Shown here in pieces: positions 27,684-42,000 of a stretch of DNA of 64,000 nt. The stretch's first letter is position 1; each line of letters begins with the position of its first letter. The position numbers and the translations under genes were made by a program. The stretch covers positions 372,001-436,000 of the forward strand of contig NZ_BAABFP010000008.1 in NCBI RefSeq assembly GCF_039541115.1, written 5' to 3'. The stretch comes from Angustibacter luteus (GTDB taxonomy: Bacteria > Actinomycetota > Actinomycetes > Actinomycetales > Angustibacteraceae). The notes under the pieces were generated by a model. That model was not told the origin of the DNA and made no database searches. It saw only the letters and a list, made by a program, of their open reading frames with translations.

Positions 27684-28376
27684 GTGAGGCTTCTGCTCAC
27701 ATCCGCCGGCGTCAAGAACGCCAGCATCCACCAGGCACTGGTCGACCTCCTGGGCAAGCCGATCGCCGAGTCGAGCGCCCTGTGCATCCCCACCGCGCAG
27801 TACGGGCACCCCATGGTCGGCCCCGGCACCGGCCCCTGGCGGTTCATCAGCGGCCAGGGAGAGCTTCCGATGGTCAGCCTGGGCTGGAAGTCCGTGGGCG
27901 TGCTGGAGCTGACGGCCCTGCCGAGCATCGACGACGACCAGTGGGTGCCACTGGTCCGCGAGACCGACGTCCTGCTGGTGGCGGGTGGCGACGCCCTCTA
28001 CCTCCACCACTGGATGCGCGAGTCCGGACTGGCGGACCTCATCCCGTCCCTGACCGAGACGGTCTGGGTGGGGTTGAGCGCGGGGAGCATGGTGCTGACC
28101 CCCAGGATCGGCGCGGACTTCGTGCAGTGGACTGCGCCCAACGGTGACGACAGCACGCTGGGCCTCGTCGACTTCTCCATCTGCCCGCACCTCGCTCCGG
28201 ACGGCCAGCCGGGCAACTCGATGGCCGAGGCGGAGCAGTGGGCGGCCACCCTCTCGGGTCCGGCGTACGCGATGGACGACGAGACGGCCATCTCGGTGGT
28301 CGACGGCACCGTCGAGGTCGTCTCGGAAGGTCAGTGGACCTACTTCCCAGCGCCGGCCGAGAGCTCACCCGGATGA
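27684..28376 (+). CDS. Peptidase S51 (dipeptidase E-like, GATase1-like)
   Basis: LLLTSAG, CIPTA, VAGGD, GLSAGSMV nucleophile elbow, ICPH. Confidence 0.88.
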   Translation: MRLLLTSAGVKNASIHQALVDLLGKPIAESSALCIPTAQYGHPMVGPGTGPWRFISGQGELPMVSLGWKSVGVLELTALPSIDDDQWVPLVRETDVLLVAGGDALYLHHWMRESGLADLIPSLTETVWVGLSAGSMVLTPRIGADFVQWTAPNGDDSTLGLVDFSICPHLAPDGQPGNSMAEAEQWAATLSGPAYAMDDETAISVVDGTVEVVSEGQWTYFPAPAESSPG

Positions 28377-28867
28377 GAGTCGTCCTGCTGTCCGACACGC
28401 ACAGTCCGCGGCACTGGAAGGGTTGCCCGCCGGCCCTGCTCGGTCACCTCGACGGCGCCGACGTCATCCTGCACGCCGGGGACGTGTGCACCCCCGACGT
28501 CCTCGACTTCCTGGCCGGCTTCGCACCGGTGCACGTCGTCCTGGGCAACAACGATGGGCCGGAGGTCGCCGCCTGGGGGGCGCCCGAAACGCTTCAGCTC
28601 GAGCTCGGCGGCGTGTCCGTCGCGATGATCCACGACAGCGGGCCACGGGACGGGCGGACGGCGCGCCTGCGTCGCCGCTTCCCGACGGCGGACCTGGTGG
28701 TCTTCGGTCACTCCCACATCCCGATGGATGTCACCGGGGACGGGGTCCGGGTGTTCAACCCCGGGTCGCCGACCGACCGGCGCCGCCAGCCGCACGGCAC
28801 GTTCGGGCTGCTCGACCTGGCGGACGGCCAGGTCGTGGACGCCCGCATCGAGCCGCTCCCCCGCTGA
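28373..28867 (+). CDS. YfcE/MJ0936-type metallophosphoesterase
   Basis: SDTH, HAGD, GNND, FGHSH, NPGS; ATGA overlap with the previous gene. Confidence 0.92.
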   Translation: MRVVLLSDTHSPRHWKGCPPALLGHLDGADVILHAGDVCTPDVLDFLAGFAPVHVVLGNNDGPEVAAWGAPETLQLELGGVSVAMIHDSGPRDGRTARLRRRFPTADLVVFGHSHIPMDVTGDGVRVFNPGSPTDRRRQPHGTFGLLDLADGQVVDARIEPLPR

Positions 28868-28973
28868 GCGCGGACGTCGTGACCGAGGGCTTGCGGGCCT
28901 CGTCACCGCGGCGGGACGATCGGGCATCCGGCAGGCCGCGGTCGTCGCTGGTCCCGGTGGATCGGAGGTCGCC

Positions 28974-29111
28974 ATGCTGACGAGGCTCAGGGCCTGGAGG
29001 CGCCGGCGGGCGACGACGCGCCGCGCCCAGCTGCGGGCCACCGGGAGCGTCGACAGCCGGATGCGGGACCGCCCCAAGATCCTCGACCACGGCCCAGGCG
29101 GGCACGGGTAG
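28974..29111 (+). CDS. Putative 45-aa Arg-rich small protein
   Basis: GGAGGT SD before the ATG; MLTRLRAWRRRRATTRRAQLR... Confidence 0.45.
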   Translation: MLTRLRAWRRRRATTRRAQLRATGSVDSRMRDRPKILDHGPGGHG

Positions 29112-29120
29112 CCTCCCCGG

Positions 29121-29540
29121 ATGACTCCGACACCTCCCGACCGGGCCGAGGCCCAGATCACCGAGGTCGTCCGCACGTTCTTCGGCGCCTTCACCTCCGG
29201 GCCCGACGTGGAGGCGCGCCTGGACGGGCTGCGGGAGGTGTTGATCCCGGAGGCACTCATCGTGCGGACGGGCGGCGTGCCGACGACCTATGGCGTCGAC
29301 GGGTTCATCGAGCCACGGCGGGAGCTGCTGACCAGCGGACGCGTCACCGACTTCCGGGAGTGGGAGGTCGACGGCACGACCCAGGTGTACGGCGACATCG
29401 CGCACCACTGGTGCACCTACGCCAAGGAGTGGGTGGAGGACGGTGAGCGGGTCAGGGGCGCCGGAGCCAAGACGATCCAGCTCGTGCGCACCGAGGCCGG
29501 CTGGCGGATCAGCGCGATGGCCTGGGACGACGAGCGCTGA
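29121..29540 (+). CDS. NTF2-like (DUF4440-type) protein
   Basis: FFGAFTSG...FREWEV...YGDIAHHWCTYAK...IQLVRTEAGWRISAMAWDDER; TAGCCT 6 nt before the ATG. Confidence 0.82.
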   Translation: MTPTPPDRAEAQITEVVRTFFGAFTSGPDVEARLDGLREVLIPEALIVRTGGVPTTYGVDGFIEPRRELLTSGRVTDFREWEVDGTTQVYGDIAHHWCTYAKEWVEDGERVRGAGAKTIQLVRTEAGWRISAMAWDDER

Positions 29541-29643
29541 CGACTCGGCGGATCGCCACGCCCGCGTACCTCGGCCTGTGATCGACGGCTGGGAGCCGTG
29601 CCCCGTGGTGCTCCCACCCCGTCGACCTGATAGGCCTGTCCCC

Positions 29644-31941
<2,298 letters not shown>

Positions 31942-31952
31942 GGAGCGCTCCT

Positions 31953-32195
31953 GTGTCGAACCCCTGGGATGAGGAGTTCCATCCATCGGCCAGCGCGCGG
32001 AACACGTTGCAGTGGGCGCACGAGCACGGTGCCTCGACCCTCGGCGAGGCCTACGACCTGCTCGACCAGCTCGAGGTCTCCAACGACGTGCCCGAGGTGC
32101 TCGGGCACGACGACACGGTCGACCTGATGCGTGAGGAGCTCGAGCTGGGAATCGAGCTCGTCGGCGCGAACGCCGACCTGACTGAACTGCTGTAG
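31953..32195 (+). CDS. Acidic 80-aa hypothetical protein
   Basis: GAGGAG SD, GTG start, GC3-rich codons, follows the oxidoreductase directly. Confidence 0.7.
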   Translation: MSNPWDEEFHPSASARNTLQWAHEHGASTLGEAYDLLDQLEVSNDVPEVLGHDDTVDLMREELELGIELVGANADLTELL

Positions 32196-32212
32196 AACGC
32201 TGCTGTAGAACG
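32187..32212. repeat. 13-bp tandem duplication (CTGCTGTAGAACG x2)
   Basis: Exact copies at 32187-32199 and 32200-32212, spanning the stop codon. Confidence 0.9.
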
Positions 32213-32225
32213 CCGAGGAGACGTC

Positions 32226-32984
32226 ATGGCGACCTTCACCCGCTCCGACGACCTGCACGGAGCGGAGTTCGTCGACGTGAACCTGCGCGGCGCCAGGTTC
32301 GTCAGCTCGGACCTGTCCGACGTCGTGATGCGTGGGGTCGACGCGCAGGGCGTGGACATCGATGCGCCGTGGCTGCTGGACGGCGAGAGCGCGCTGCGGG
32401 TGAACGGCGTGGACGTCGCCCCCTTCGTCGAGGCCGAGCTCAACCGCCGCTTCCCGGGCCGCGCCGACCGACGCGCCGCCGACCCGGACGGACTGCGCGC
32501 GGCCTGGGCCGCGCTCGAGCAGGCCTGGGCGGCCACCCTCGAGCGCGTCGCGCTGCTGCCGGTCGGCACGGTCGACGTGTCGGTGGACGGCGAGTGGTCG
32601 TTCGCCCAGACGCTGCGGCACCTGGTGCTGGCTACGGACGCCTGGCTGGGTCGAGCGGTCCTGGGGATCGCGCAACCGTTCCACCCCCTCGGGCTGGCCG
32701 GGCCGGGCGCCGAGGACGACGGCCTGGACCTGTCGCTCTTCACGAGTGACCTGCCGTCGTACGACGAGGTGCTCGCCGCCCGGTCGGACCGGGTCGCCCT
32801 CGTGCGCGACGTCCTCGCCACGGTCACCGCGGCCGAGCTGGCCACGTCACGGCAGAACCCGTGGTCCGCCGAGTACCCGGAGACCACCCTGTCCTGCCTG
32901 CACACGATCTTCGAGGAGGAGTGGGAGCACCTGCGCTTCGCGGTCCGCGACCTGGACGCGATCGCGGCCGGGTCCAGCGCCTGA
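32226..32984 (+). CDS. DinB-superfamily protein with N-terminal pentapeptide repeats
   Basis: DLHGAEFVDVNLRGARF; EWSFAQTLRHLVLATDAW; CLHTIFEEEWEHLRFA. Confidence 0.88.
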   Translation: MATFTRSDDLHGAEFVDVNLRGARFVSSDLSDVVMRGVDAQGVDIDAPWLLDGESALRVNGVDVAPFVEAELNRRFPGRADRRAADPDGLRAAWAALEQAWAATLERVALLPVGTVDVSVDGEWSFAQTLRHLVLATDAWLGRAVLGIAQPFHPLGLAGPGAEDDGLDLSLFTSDLPSYDEVLAARSDRVALVRDVLATVTAAELATSRQNPWSAEYPETTLSCLHTIFEEEWEHLRFAVRDLDAIAAGSSA

Positions 32985-33043
32985 CCGGGTCACCTGCCCC
33001 TTGCTCTGGACGGGAGTCGGGGGGCCTGACAACCTGGGGTACG

Positions 33044-33065
33044 CCGAACAAACAGGGTTGTTCGG
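33044..33065. promoter_or_regulatory. Perfect 8-bp inverted repeat upstream of the giant adhesin
   Basis: CCGAACAA-acaggg-TTGTTCGG, ending 24 nt before the GTG. Confidence 0.45.
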
Positions 33066-33089
33066 ATTTGGGGCGGAGGTCTGGACTGG

Positions 33090-36000
33090 GTGCATCCGCT
33101 TCCTCGCTGGCGCCGCCTGGTGGCGGTCCTCGTCACAGTCGCGCTGACCTTCGGGCTCGGCGCGATTGCGGCGGTACCGGCGGAGGCTGCGGTCGAGGCG
33201 CCGCTGTCCCTGGCCTTCAACCAGCAGGTGTACGGCGACGCGCTCATGGGCGGCAACGCGGTGCTGGTCTGCCCGGCCGGCAACACCGACTGCACGAACT
33301 CGACGAACCGCACCAGCACCGCGGTCAACGACAACTTCTACATGACCCAGACGGGTGCCAACGCGGGCAACGGCTGGTTCAACTCCTCGAGCATCAGCCT
33401 CACCATCCCGACCGGCGCCACGATCGCCTACGCGCGCCTGCTGTGGGCCGGTGACACCGGCGTCTTCAAGACCGGCACCAACACGACCGTGACCTCGCGG
33501 TGCAACAGCAACAACAGCCCGGTGGCCGTCCAGCCGCCGGGTGCGGCATCCACGACCCCCGTCCAGCTGACCGTCGGCGCCAAGGCGAAGGTCTCCGTCA
33601 CGGCGCAGCGGTTCACCACCGACGCGATCGCCAACGTCTCGGTCAACCAGCCGCAGTACTACTCGGCGGCCGCCAACGTGACCCCGCAGTTCGTCGGCGC
33701 CCCCACCGGTTCGCCGCTGACGATCACGACGTCGAACGTCTGGACCCCGGCCGGCTTCGGCTGCATGGGTGGCTGGTCGCTCGTCCTCGTCTACTCCTAC
33801 CCCCAGGCCGACCCCACGAACGCCCCCACCAAGCGGGAGGTGTTCGTCTACGACGGTCACGTGCGGCAGAACTCGACCGACCCGACCACCACGACGACGA
33901 TCTCCGGCTTCCGGGTCAGCGGGCAGGCGCGGGTCGGCGTCGTCGCCTACGAAGGCGACTGGGGCATCACCGGCGACCAGTTCTCCATCAACGGGACCGC
34001 GCAGACCGACCCCGGCGCCCCGAACGGGTCGAGCACCAACTTCTTCACGTCGTACGCCCAGTTCCGAAGTCCGACCGCGCCCAACAACTTCTCGGTCGAT
34101 GCCAAGCAGTTCAACGTGTCCACGGCGGTGATCAAACCGGGTGACACGTCGGCGTCCCTGAGCTTCAGCACGTCCGGCGACTCCTACCTCGCGCAGGAGC
34201 TGGTGCTGTCGATCCCGGTCCCGACCCTGCAGATCACCAAGACGGCCGCACCGACGACGGTGCACCCGGGTGACACGGTCACCTACACGATCACCGTCAC
34301 CAACCCGACGACCGGCAGCACCGCTAGCAACGTGGTGGTCACCGACCCGCTGACCCCTGCCTGCAACCGGACCATCGGCAGCCTCACCGGCTCGACGACG
34401 TACACGTGCACCGGGGTGGCCGGGTCCGGCGGCTTCACCAACGTGGCCACCGCGACCGGGACGAACGCGCAGGGCGACGCCCTCACGGGGACTGCGCAAG
34501 CCCCGGTCACGGTGCTCAACCCCGCCCTCACGATCACCAAGACCACGGACCAGCCGGGCTACCGGGTGGGCGCGACGGTGACCTACACGATCACGGTGAA
34601 CAACACCGGCAACGCGGACCTGGCGAACGTCGCCGTGACCGATCCGACGACAGCGGGCTGTGCGCGCACCATCGGCAGCCTGGCCGCCGGTGACACCACG
34701 ACCTACACCTGCACGGCGACCGCGCCGGTGAGCGGCAACAGCAACACCGCGTCCGTCAGCGGCCAGGACTCCCTCACCCGCACCGTCACGGCGACCGCCA
34801 CCGTGCCCGTCCCGGTGATCCGGCCGGCGCTGACCCTGGCGAAGACGGCGTCCCCCACGACGGCGACCGCTGCCGGGCAGACCATCACCTACTCGTTCAA
34901 GGTGACCAACTCCGGTGACTCGACGGTCAGCTCGATCTCGATCGCCGACACGCTGACCGCACCGGCCGGTCCGGTGCCGGCGATCACCTGCCCGGTGACC
35001 ACCCTCGCCGCCGCGGCGTCCACCACCTGCACGGGCACGTACGCCGTGACCCAGGCGGACGTCGACAACGGCACCATCGCGAACAGCGCGGTCGCGAACG
35101 GCTCGGACATCGCCGGTGGCGCTGTGGCGTCCAACGCGTCCGCGGCGACCGTCACGGTGACCCGCTCCCCGGCCCTGACGATCCGCAAGACGGCGTCGCC
35201 GGCCACCGTGGCGACTGCGGGGCAGGCCATCGCCTACTCGTTCGTCGTCTCCAACACCGGCAACGTGACGATCCACGGCATCACGGTCGCCGACGTCCTC
35301 ACCGCCCCGGCGGGGCCGACGCCGACCGTCAGCTGCCCGACGACCACGCTGGCGCCGAGCAGCTCGACGACGTGCACCGCCACGTACTCGACGACGCAGA
35401 ACGACATCGACGCCGGGTCGGTGACCAACACCGCCACCGCGTCAGGTCTGGGCCCGAACAACGCGCCCGTCACCTCGGGCCCGTCGACGGCCAGCGTGAC
35501 GGCCTCGGCCGGCGCCTCGCTCGCACTCGTGAAGACCGCCACGCCGACCGTCGTCTCGGCCGCCGGGCAGCAGGTCGCCTACTCGTTCAAGGTCACCAAC
35601 ACCGGCAACCTGACGGTCAGGTCCCTGTCGATCGCGGACACGTTCACCGCACCCGCCGGCCCGGTGCCGTCCGTGACCTGCCCCGTCACCCAGCTCGCGC
35701 CGAACGCGAGCACCACCTGCACGGCGACCTACACGGCGACCCAGGCGGACGTCGACAGCGGCACGATCCGGAACGCCGCCATCGCCAACGCGACCGACGC
35801 CCAGGGACGCCCGGTCGCCTCCGCGCAGTCGAACGCGTCGGTGACGGTGACGGCCACCCCGCGGCTGGCCCTGACCAAGACCGTGTCGCCGGCGACGGTC
35901 ACCGCCGCCGGGCAGCAGGTGACCTACACGTTCGCGGTGACCAACAGCGGTAACGTCACGATCCGCAGCCTGGCGATCGCCGACACCTTCACCTCACCCG

Positions 36001-39000
36001 CCGGTCCGGTACCCGCGATCACCTGTCCCGCAACGACTCTCGCCCCCGGGACGTCCACCAGCTGCACCGCCAGCTACACCGCCACCCAGGCCGACGTCGA
36101 CAACGGCACGATCAAGAACTCGGCGGTCGCCCAGGGGACCGACCCGAGCGGTGGGTCAGTCAGCTCGCCCACCGCGACAGCGACCGTGACCGCGCCGCCG
36201 ACCGCCACCCTGAGCCTGGTCAAGACCGCCACCCCGAGCACCGTGACCGCTCTGGGCCAGCAGGTCAGCTACCAGTTCCGCGTGACCAACACCGGCAACG
36301 TCACCCTGTCGAGCGCCGGCATCACCGACTCGCTCGCGGCTCCGGCCACCCCGCCGCTCGTCATCTCCTGCCCGCCCACCGCCGTACCGCCCGGTGCCAG
36401 CACGCAGTGCACCGCGACGTACACGGTCGGGCAGGCCGACATCGACAACGGCTCGATCAACAACACCGCCACCGCCCGGGCGGTGAGCCCGGGCGGCGCC
36501 ACGGTGACGTCCAACGCCTCGACGGCCTCGGTGACGGTGAACGTCACGTCGGCCCTGACGCTGCGCAAGGCGGCATCGCCGACCACGATCAGTGGCGCCG
36601 GCCAGAACGTCAGCTACACCTTCACGGTCACCAACGCGGGCCAGACGACGATCTCCACGGTCGGGATCAACGACCCGATGTTCACCGGGGCCAGGGCGCC
36701 GGTCTGCGCCGTCACCACGCTCGCGCCGGACGCCTCGGCGGTCTGCACGGCGTCCTACACCAGCACCCAGGCCGACATGGACCGCGGCTCCATCGCCAAC
36801 ACGGCCACCGCCGGCGGCACGACGCCGCAGGGCGGCGCCGTCACGTCCGCGCCGGCATCGGCCACCGTGGCGGTCTCGGCCACCCCGCGGCTGCAGCTGA
36901 CCAAGTCGGCCAGTCCGGCGTCCTTCGCCAACCAGGGCAGCACGATCACCTACACGTTCTCCGTCGTGAACACCGGCAACGTGACCGTGTCCGGCCTCGC
37001 GATCGACGACGCGCTCGCCGCACCCGCCACCCCGCAGCTCGGCCCGATCAGCTGCGCCAGCACGAGCCTGGCGCCGGCCGCGTCGACCACCTGCACGGCG
37101 ACGTACGTGACGAAGGCGGCGGACGTCGACAACGGGTCGATCAGCAACGCGGCCACCGCCACGGGCACCGACCCGACCGGTGGCCCGGTCACGTCCAACC
37201 AGTCGACGGCCACGGTCAGTGCGATCACCAACGCGGCCCTGTCGCTGACCAAGACCGCTGCCCCGACGACGATCACCCGGGCCGGCCAGACCATCACCTT
37301 CACCTTCGCGGTGACCAACTCGGGCAACCAGACCGTCAGCACGATCGCGGTCACCGACATCAACCGCGCTCCGGCCGGGCCGCTGTCCGGCCCCGTGACG
37401 TGCGCGGCGACCTCGCTGGCGGCTGGGGCGTCGACGACGTGCAGCGGCACCTACGTCGCCACCCAGGCCGACGTCGACCACGGTTCCATCGCCGACACCG
37501 CGGTCGCGAGCGGTCGCGACCCGACCGCCAACCCGGTCTCCTCCAACGCCTCCACCGCGATCGTGACCGTCGTCCAGTCGCCCGCCCTCTCGGTGGTGAA
37601 GACCGCCGCCCCCAGCACCCTCACCCGCTCGGGGCAGCAGGTCACGTACAGCTTCGTCGTCACCAACCGTGGCAACGTGACGATCACCGGGGTGTCGATC
37701 GCCGACTCGTTCAGCGGGCCTGCCGGACCCCCGGCCACGCCCGTCTGCCCCGCGACCACACTGGCGCCCGGCGCGAGCCTGACCTGCTCCGCCTCGTACA
37801 CGGCGACGCAGGCGGACGTCGACAACGGTCGCATCGAGAACACCGCGACGGCCAGCGGCACCGACCCGAACGGTGGGTCGGTCACCGCGCCACCCGACAC
37901 CGCGACCGTCACCATCGCGGCATCGCCGGCGATGAGCCTGACCAAGACCGCCACCCCGTCCACGGTCAGCACGGCAGGTCAGACGGTCAGCTACACCTTC
38001 ACCGCGGTGAACACCGGCAACGTTACGCTGGCGCCGATCAGCATCGCGGACGCCCTCGCACCACCGGCCGTACCAGCGCTGACGGTCACCTGCCCGAAGG
38101 CCATCCTCCCGCCGGGCGCGAGCACTGCCTGCACCGCCAGCCACACCGTCACCCAGGCCGACCTCGACAACGGCTCCATCAACAACACTGCCACCGCCCG
38201 GTCCACGGACCCGTCGGGTGGCGCGGTGAGCTCGAGCCCGTCGACCGCCGCCGTGGCCGTGACCCAGCAGGCCGCGCTGACGGTGACCAAGTCCGCCTCG
38301 CCGACCACGATCACCGCGGCCGGACAGGCGGTCACCTACGCCTTCCTGGTGACCAACACCGGAAACCAGACGGTGACGGGGCTGGTCATCCGCGACACCC
38401 TCGCGGCGCCGGCAACCCCCCAGCTGCCCGCGATCGCCTGCCCGGTCACGACGCTGGCACCCAACGCGAGCACGACCTGCAGCGCGACGTACACGAGCAA
38501 GCAGGCGGACCTCGACCACGGCTCGATCGACAACACCGCCACCGCGGCGGGCCAGGACCCGGCGGGCGACCCGGTGGTGTCACCACCGTCCACGGCCAGC
38601 GTCGGCGTCTCGGCCACCCCCTCGCTGGTGCTGTCCAAGACGGTGACCCCGACCACGTACGACGCCGCCGGCCAGACGCTGACCTACACCTTCACGGTGA
38701 CGAACGACGGCAACGTGACCGTGCGCGCCCTGGCCGTCGTCGATCCGATGTTCACCGGCGCGGGAGCCGCGACCTGCGCCGCCGGCACCCTCGCCCCCAG
38801 CGCCAGGACCACCTGCACGGCCCGTCACACCGTGACCCAGGCGGACCTGGATGCGGGGTCGATCCAGAACACCGCCACGGCCCGGGGGACGGACCCCACG
38901 GGCGACCCGGTCACCTCACCGCCGTCGAGCGCCAGCGCCTCCGCCAACCAGACGCCTGCGCTGAGCCTGGTCAAGACGGCCAGCCCGACCACGATCAGCG

Positions 39001-42000
39001 CGGCCGGGGCGGCGATCGCGTACACGTTCCGCGTCACGAACGTCGGCAACGTGACCGTCGGCAGCCTGTCCATCGCCGACGTCTTCACCCAGCCCGCGGC
39101 ACCGGCCAACCTGCCGATCAGCTGTGCCGCAACGACTCTCACCCCGGGCGCAGCCACCACCTGCACCACGTCGTACACCGCGACGCAGGCCGACGTCGAC
39201 AACGGCTCGATCACGAACACCGCCACCGCCAACGGCAGCGACCCGGCCGGCAACCCGGTGACCTCCCAGCCCTCCACCGCCTCGGTCGCCGTCACGGTCA
39301 CCGCTGCCCTGACGGTGGTCAAGAGCGCCAGCCCGGCCACCATCACCTCCGCCGGACAGGCGATCAGCTACTCGTTCCTGGTGACCAACACCGGCAACGT
39401 CACGATGTCGCTGCTGTCGATCGACGACACCCTGGCCGCGCCCGCCGCTCCCCCGCTGACCGTCGACTGCCCGCAACGAACCATCGACCCGGCCGCGCAG
39501 GTCACCTGCACGGCGACGTACACCGCCACCCAGGCCGACATCGACCACGGGTCGGTCGCCAACACCGCCACCGCGAACGCCCGGACCCCCACGGGGACCA
39601 CCATCACCTCACCACCGTCCGCCGAGACCGTCGACGTCGACCAGACGGCCGCGCTCAGCCTGACCAAGACCGCGTCGCGCGACACGGTGACCGCGCCGGG
39701 CCAGCTCATCGACTACACGTTCACGGTCACGAACGAGGGCAACGTCACCGTCGACTCGATCACGATCTCCGACCCCGTGTTCACCGGCGCGAACGCGCCG
39801 GTCTGCCGGCAGCAGTCGCTGGCCCCGCGGTCCTCCACCACCTGCACCGCGAGCCGCTCCACCACCCAGGCCGACATCGACAGCGGGGCGATCCGGAACA
39901 CCGCGGTCGCCGGCGGCAGCGACCCCGCTGGAGCGCCCGTGGCGTCCCCGGCGGCGACCGCCGTGGTGATCGCCACGCAGAGCGCCACGTTGCAGCTGGT
40001 GAAGTCCGCGTTGACGGAGGCGCTCACCACGGTGGGCCAGTCGGTCACCTACTCGTTCCTGGTCACCAACGCCGGCAACGTGACGGTCACCGACCTGACC
40101 ATCGACGACACGTTCGTCGCTCCGGCCGGCCCGGCCGAACCAGCCGTCTGCCCCGTGACGACGTTGGCCCCGGGCGACAGCACCACGTGCCTGGCGACGT
40201 ACGCGTCGACCCAGGCCGACTTCGACCAGGGCACCATCACCAACACGGCGACCGCGGGTGCCACGGGTCCGCAGGGCGGCGCCGTGGTCTCGAACCCGTC
40301 CTCGGCCCTGGTCACGACGAACGAGAACCTGGCGCTGCTGCTGCAGAAGCGCGCTACGCCGACCCAGATCTCCGCTGCCGGGCAACAGGTCTCCTACCAG
40401 TTCACGATCACCAACGCGGGCAACGTCACGATCCACGGCCTCGCCCTGGACGACGTCCTCGCCCCGCCGGCCGGACCGCCGGTCACCCCGACCTGCCTGC
40501 TCAGCACGCTCGCCTCCGGAGCGAGTACGACGTGCTCGGCCGTCTACACCGCGACCCAGGCCGACGTGGACAACGGCGTCATCAGCAACACCGCGACGGC
40601 GACCGGCCTCGACCCGGGCAACGACCCGGTGACGTCCAACCCGGCGTCGGCCGCCGTGGTCGTCAGCCGGTCCGCGTCGCTGTCCCTGGTGAAGACGGCC
40701 GACCCGACGACGGTGGACCACGCGGGCCAGCCGGTCGAGTTCTCCTTCGCCGTCGTCAACACCGGCAACGTCACCGTGAGCTCCCTGACGATCGCGGACC
40801 CGCCGTTGCGGTCCAACGTGCCGACGTGCGCGCCGACGGTCATCGCACCCGGGGAGGGCGCGACCTGCACCGCGACCTACGTCACCACCCAGGCGGACAT
40901 GGACCGTGGGGTCATCCAGAACGTCGCCGTCGCCGCCGGGCGCGACCCGTCCGACGTGCCGGTGAGCTCGCCGCAGGCCGGCGTGACGGTCGACGTCGTG
41001 CAGGACGCCGGGCTGACCCTGGTCAAGACCGCGTCGCCCGCCGACCCGGTCACGGTGGGCACGAGCGTCGACTACGCGTTCGCTGTCACCAACTCCGGCA
41101 ACGTGAGCCTGACGAGCCTGGCGATCGCCGACAGCCTGACCGCACCGGCCGGCCCGGCGCTGACCGTCACCTGCCCGAGCGCCGCTCTCACTCCGGACGC
41201 CACGGTCAGCTGCACGGCCAGCTACACCGTGACCCAGGCCGACGTGGACAACGGCTCGATCAACAACACCGCCACCGCCGCGGCCGTCACGCCGGGCAGC
41301 ACCAGCGTCACGTCGAACGAGTCCACCGCCTCCGTGCCCATCGCCCAGACCCCGGGGCTGACCCTGGTCAAGTCCGTCACCCCGGAGACCGCGCACGACG
41401 CCGGCGACCGCGTGAGCTACACGTTCACCGTCAGCAACAGCGGCGACACCACGGTCACCGACCTGGCGATCGACGACGCGTTCACCGCGCCCGCCGGCCC
41501 GCCGTCCCCGATCGCCTGCCCGGTCACCACGCTGGCACCGGGCCAGGACACGCAGTGCACCGCCAGCTACGTGCTGACCCAGGCGGACGTCGACCACGGC
41601 ACGGTGGTCAACTCGGCCTCCGCGACGGGTACGGCACCGGGCGGGGGCACGATCACCTCGAACACGTCGACTGCCACGGTGTCGGTCCCGGCTGCGGCAG
41701 GGCTCGCCCTGACCAAGACGGCATCACCCACGACGGTGGCGCAGGCCGGCGCCACCGTGACCTACACGTTCGCCGTGACCAACACCGGGAACGTCAGCGT
41801 CACCGCCCTCGCCATCGACGACAGCCTCGAGGCGCCGGCCGGTCCCCCGCTGACGTCGATCGACTGCGCGAGTGCGGCTCTCGGGCCGAGCGAGGCGACG
41901 ACCTGCACGGCGTCGTACACGGTCACCCAGGCGGACGTCGACCACGGCGCCATCACCAACCGCGCGCACGCCACGGCCCTGGACGCGGCCGGGGATCCGG

